Origin: Candidatus Latescibacterota bacterium | GTDB taxonomy: Bacteria; Latescibacterota; CBDEFO01 | Direction of reading: 5' to 3' | Assembly (NCBI GenBank): GCA_965237525.1 | Contig: CBDEFO010000008.1 | Span: 384,001 to 448,000, forward strand | Length of the DNA stretch: 64,000 nucleotides | Part shown: one piece after another, positions 62,984-64,000 of the stretch | How positions within the stretch are numbered: the stretch's first letter is position 1 | How the letters are laid out: each line of letters opens with the position of its first letter | Notes under the pieces: model-generated | What the model was told of the DNA's origin: nothing | Databases searched by the model: none | The model's input: only the letters and a program-made list of their open reading frames with translations | Position numbers and translations under genes: made by a program

Positions 62984-64000
62984 CTATTGTCCACTATCTA
63001 CTGTCCACTTACTTAATATTTCCCTTATAACCTCCCTGTCGTCAAAGTGCATCCTTTTTGTTCCTATTATCTGATAATTTTCGTGCCCTTTCCCCGCGAT
63101 AACCACTACATCCCCACTTTCTGCCTTTCTCAACACCTCCTCTATGGCTTCTCTCCTATCAGTTATGGTCTTATAAACGCCGTTCGGCCTCACCCCCGCA
63201 ATAACATCCCCAATTATGACCTCCGGATCCTCCGTCCTCGGGTTGTCAGATGTAATGTAAGTCACGTCGCATATCGTAGTAGAGATACGAGCCATCTGGG
63301 GACGCTTGCCCCTGTCCCTGTCTCCCCCACACCCGAACAGGGATATAAGCCTGCCCGATGTGATTTTCCTTGCAGCCTTGAGAACGTTTTCCAGAGCGTC
63401 AGGCGTATGCGCATAATCCACGATGACCGTGAAATCCTGACCGCAATCTACAGCTTCAAACCTTCCCGGAATACCCTCTATCGACTCCAAACCGGCTTTT
63501 ATCTGCCCCATATCGAGCTCTTCGGATATTCCAGCCCCTATAGCCGCAAGCGTATTCATCACGTTGAATCTGCTCCTCAACTTCATCCTGAGATCCACTG
63601 GTCCGATAGGAGTACAAACTCCAAGTTCGATGCCCCGAGAGTCCATCCTGACATTCTGCCCCCACACTTGTGTCTTCTTTGAGAGACCGTAAGTAATAGC
63701 CGGAACATCCATACGATCTAAAATCTTTTCTCCCATCGGATCGTCCATATTTATCACAGCCCTGCCCTCTTTATATCTCCCCAAGCTTTCAAACAGTGAG
63801 ACCTTAGCCTCGAAATAGTCCTCAAAGCTCTTGTGAAAATCCAGATGATCCCTGCTGAAATTCGTAAAGATCGCTGTGTCAAACCCCACACCTTCTGTTT
63901 TGCCTAAAGCCAGCCCGTGCGACGACACCTCCAACGAAACAGCCCTCTGTCCGCTTTCGACCATCTGTCCCAACATCCTTTGAAGATCCAAAGACTCAGG
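62984..64000 (-). CDS. murE: UDP-MurNAc-dipeptide--mDAP ligase (5' partial)
   Basis: EVSSHG, DHLDFH, DYAHTPD, FGCGGDRD, DNPR, AGKGHE. Confidence 0.96.
   Translation of the reverse strand, partial: PESLDLQRMLGQMVESGQRAVSLEVSSHGLALGKTEGVGFDTAIFTNFSRDHLDFHKSFEDYFEAKVSLFESLGRYKEGRAVINMDDPMGEKILDRMDVPAITYGLSKKTQVWGQNVRMDSRGIELGVCTPIGPVDLRMKLRSRFNVMNTLAAIGAGISEELDMGQIKAGLESIEGIPGRFEAVDCGQDFTVIVDYAHTPDALENVLKAARKITSGRLISLFGCGGDRDRGKRPQMARISTTICDVTYITSDNPRTEDPEVIIGDVIAGVRPNGVYKTITDRREAIEEVLRKAESGDVVVIAGKGHENYQIIGTKRMHFDDREVIREILSKWTVDSGQ

Overview
Bacterial window, probably from an FCB-superphylum-like organism (inferred from gene style, not verifiable here), in three parts. (1) 1-7 kb: an accessory catabolic patch around tRNA-Thr(CGT), with two PhyH-type dioxygenases, an SDR epimerase, a cupin, and a decayed sulfatase plus a partial duplicate. 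(2) 7-24.7 kb: a mosaic mobile island. It holds three IS1595-family elements with clear terminal inverted repeats (TIRs), each carrying a different restriction-modification (RM) module translationally coupled to its transposase: a methyltransferase with a PD-(D/E)XK nuclease tail, a methyltransferase plus MvaI/BcnI-type endonuclease, and Dcm-Vsr-EcoRII-like genes. A fourth, one-ended copy has a swapped target-recognition domain. The intact element sits inside a phage terminase large-subunit gene with an exact 8-bp target duplication, and the island abuts a C-terminally truncated clpB. (3) 24.7-64 kb: mostly core genome (clpB, dnaK, PpiD, decayed liv operon, RNase HIII, a sigma54 two-component locus with a duplicated His/Tyr-rich ankyrin gene, a direct-repeat-flanked lipid-gene islet, and a dcw cluster lacking murD, murB and ddl). 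The best candidate for a novel system is the set of compact IS1595 transposons carrying RM operons. Some junctions could be assembly artefacts.
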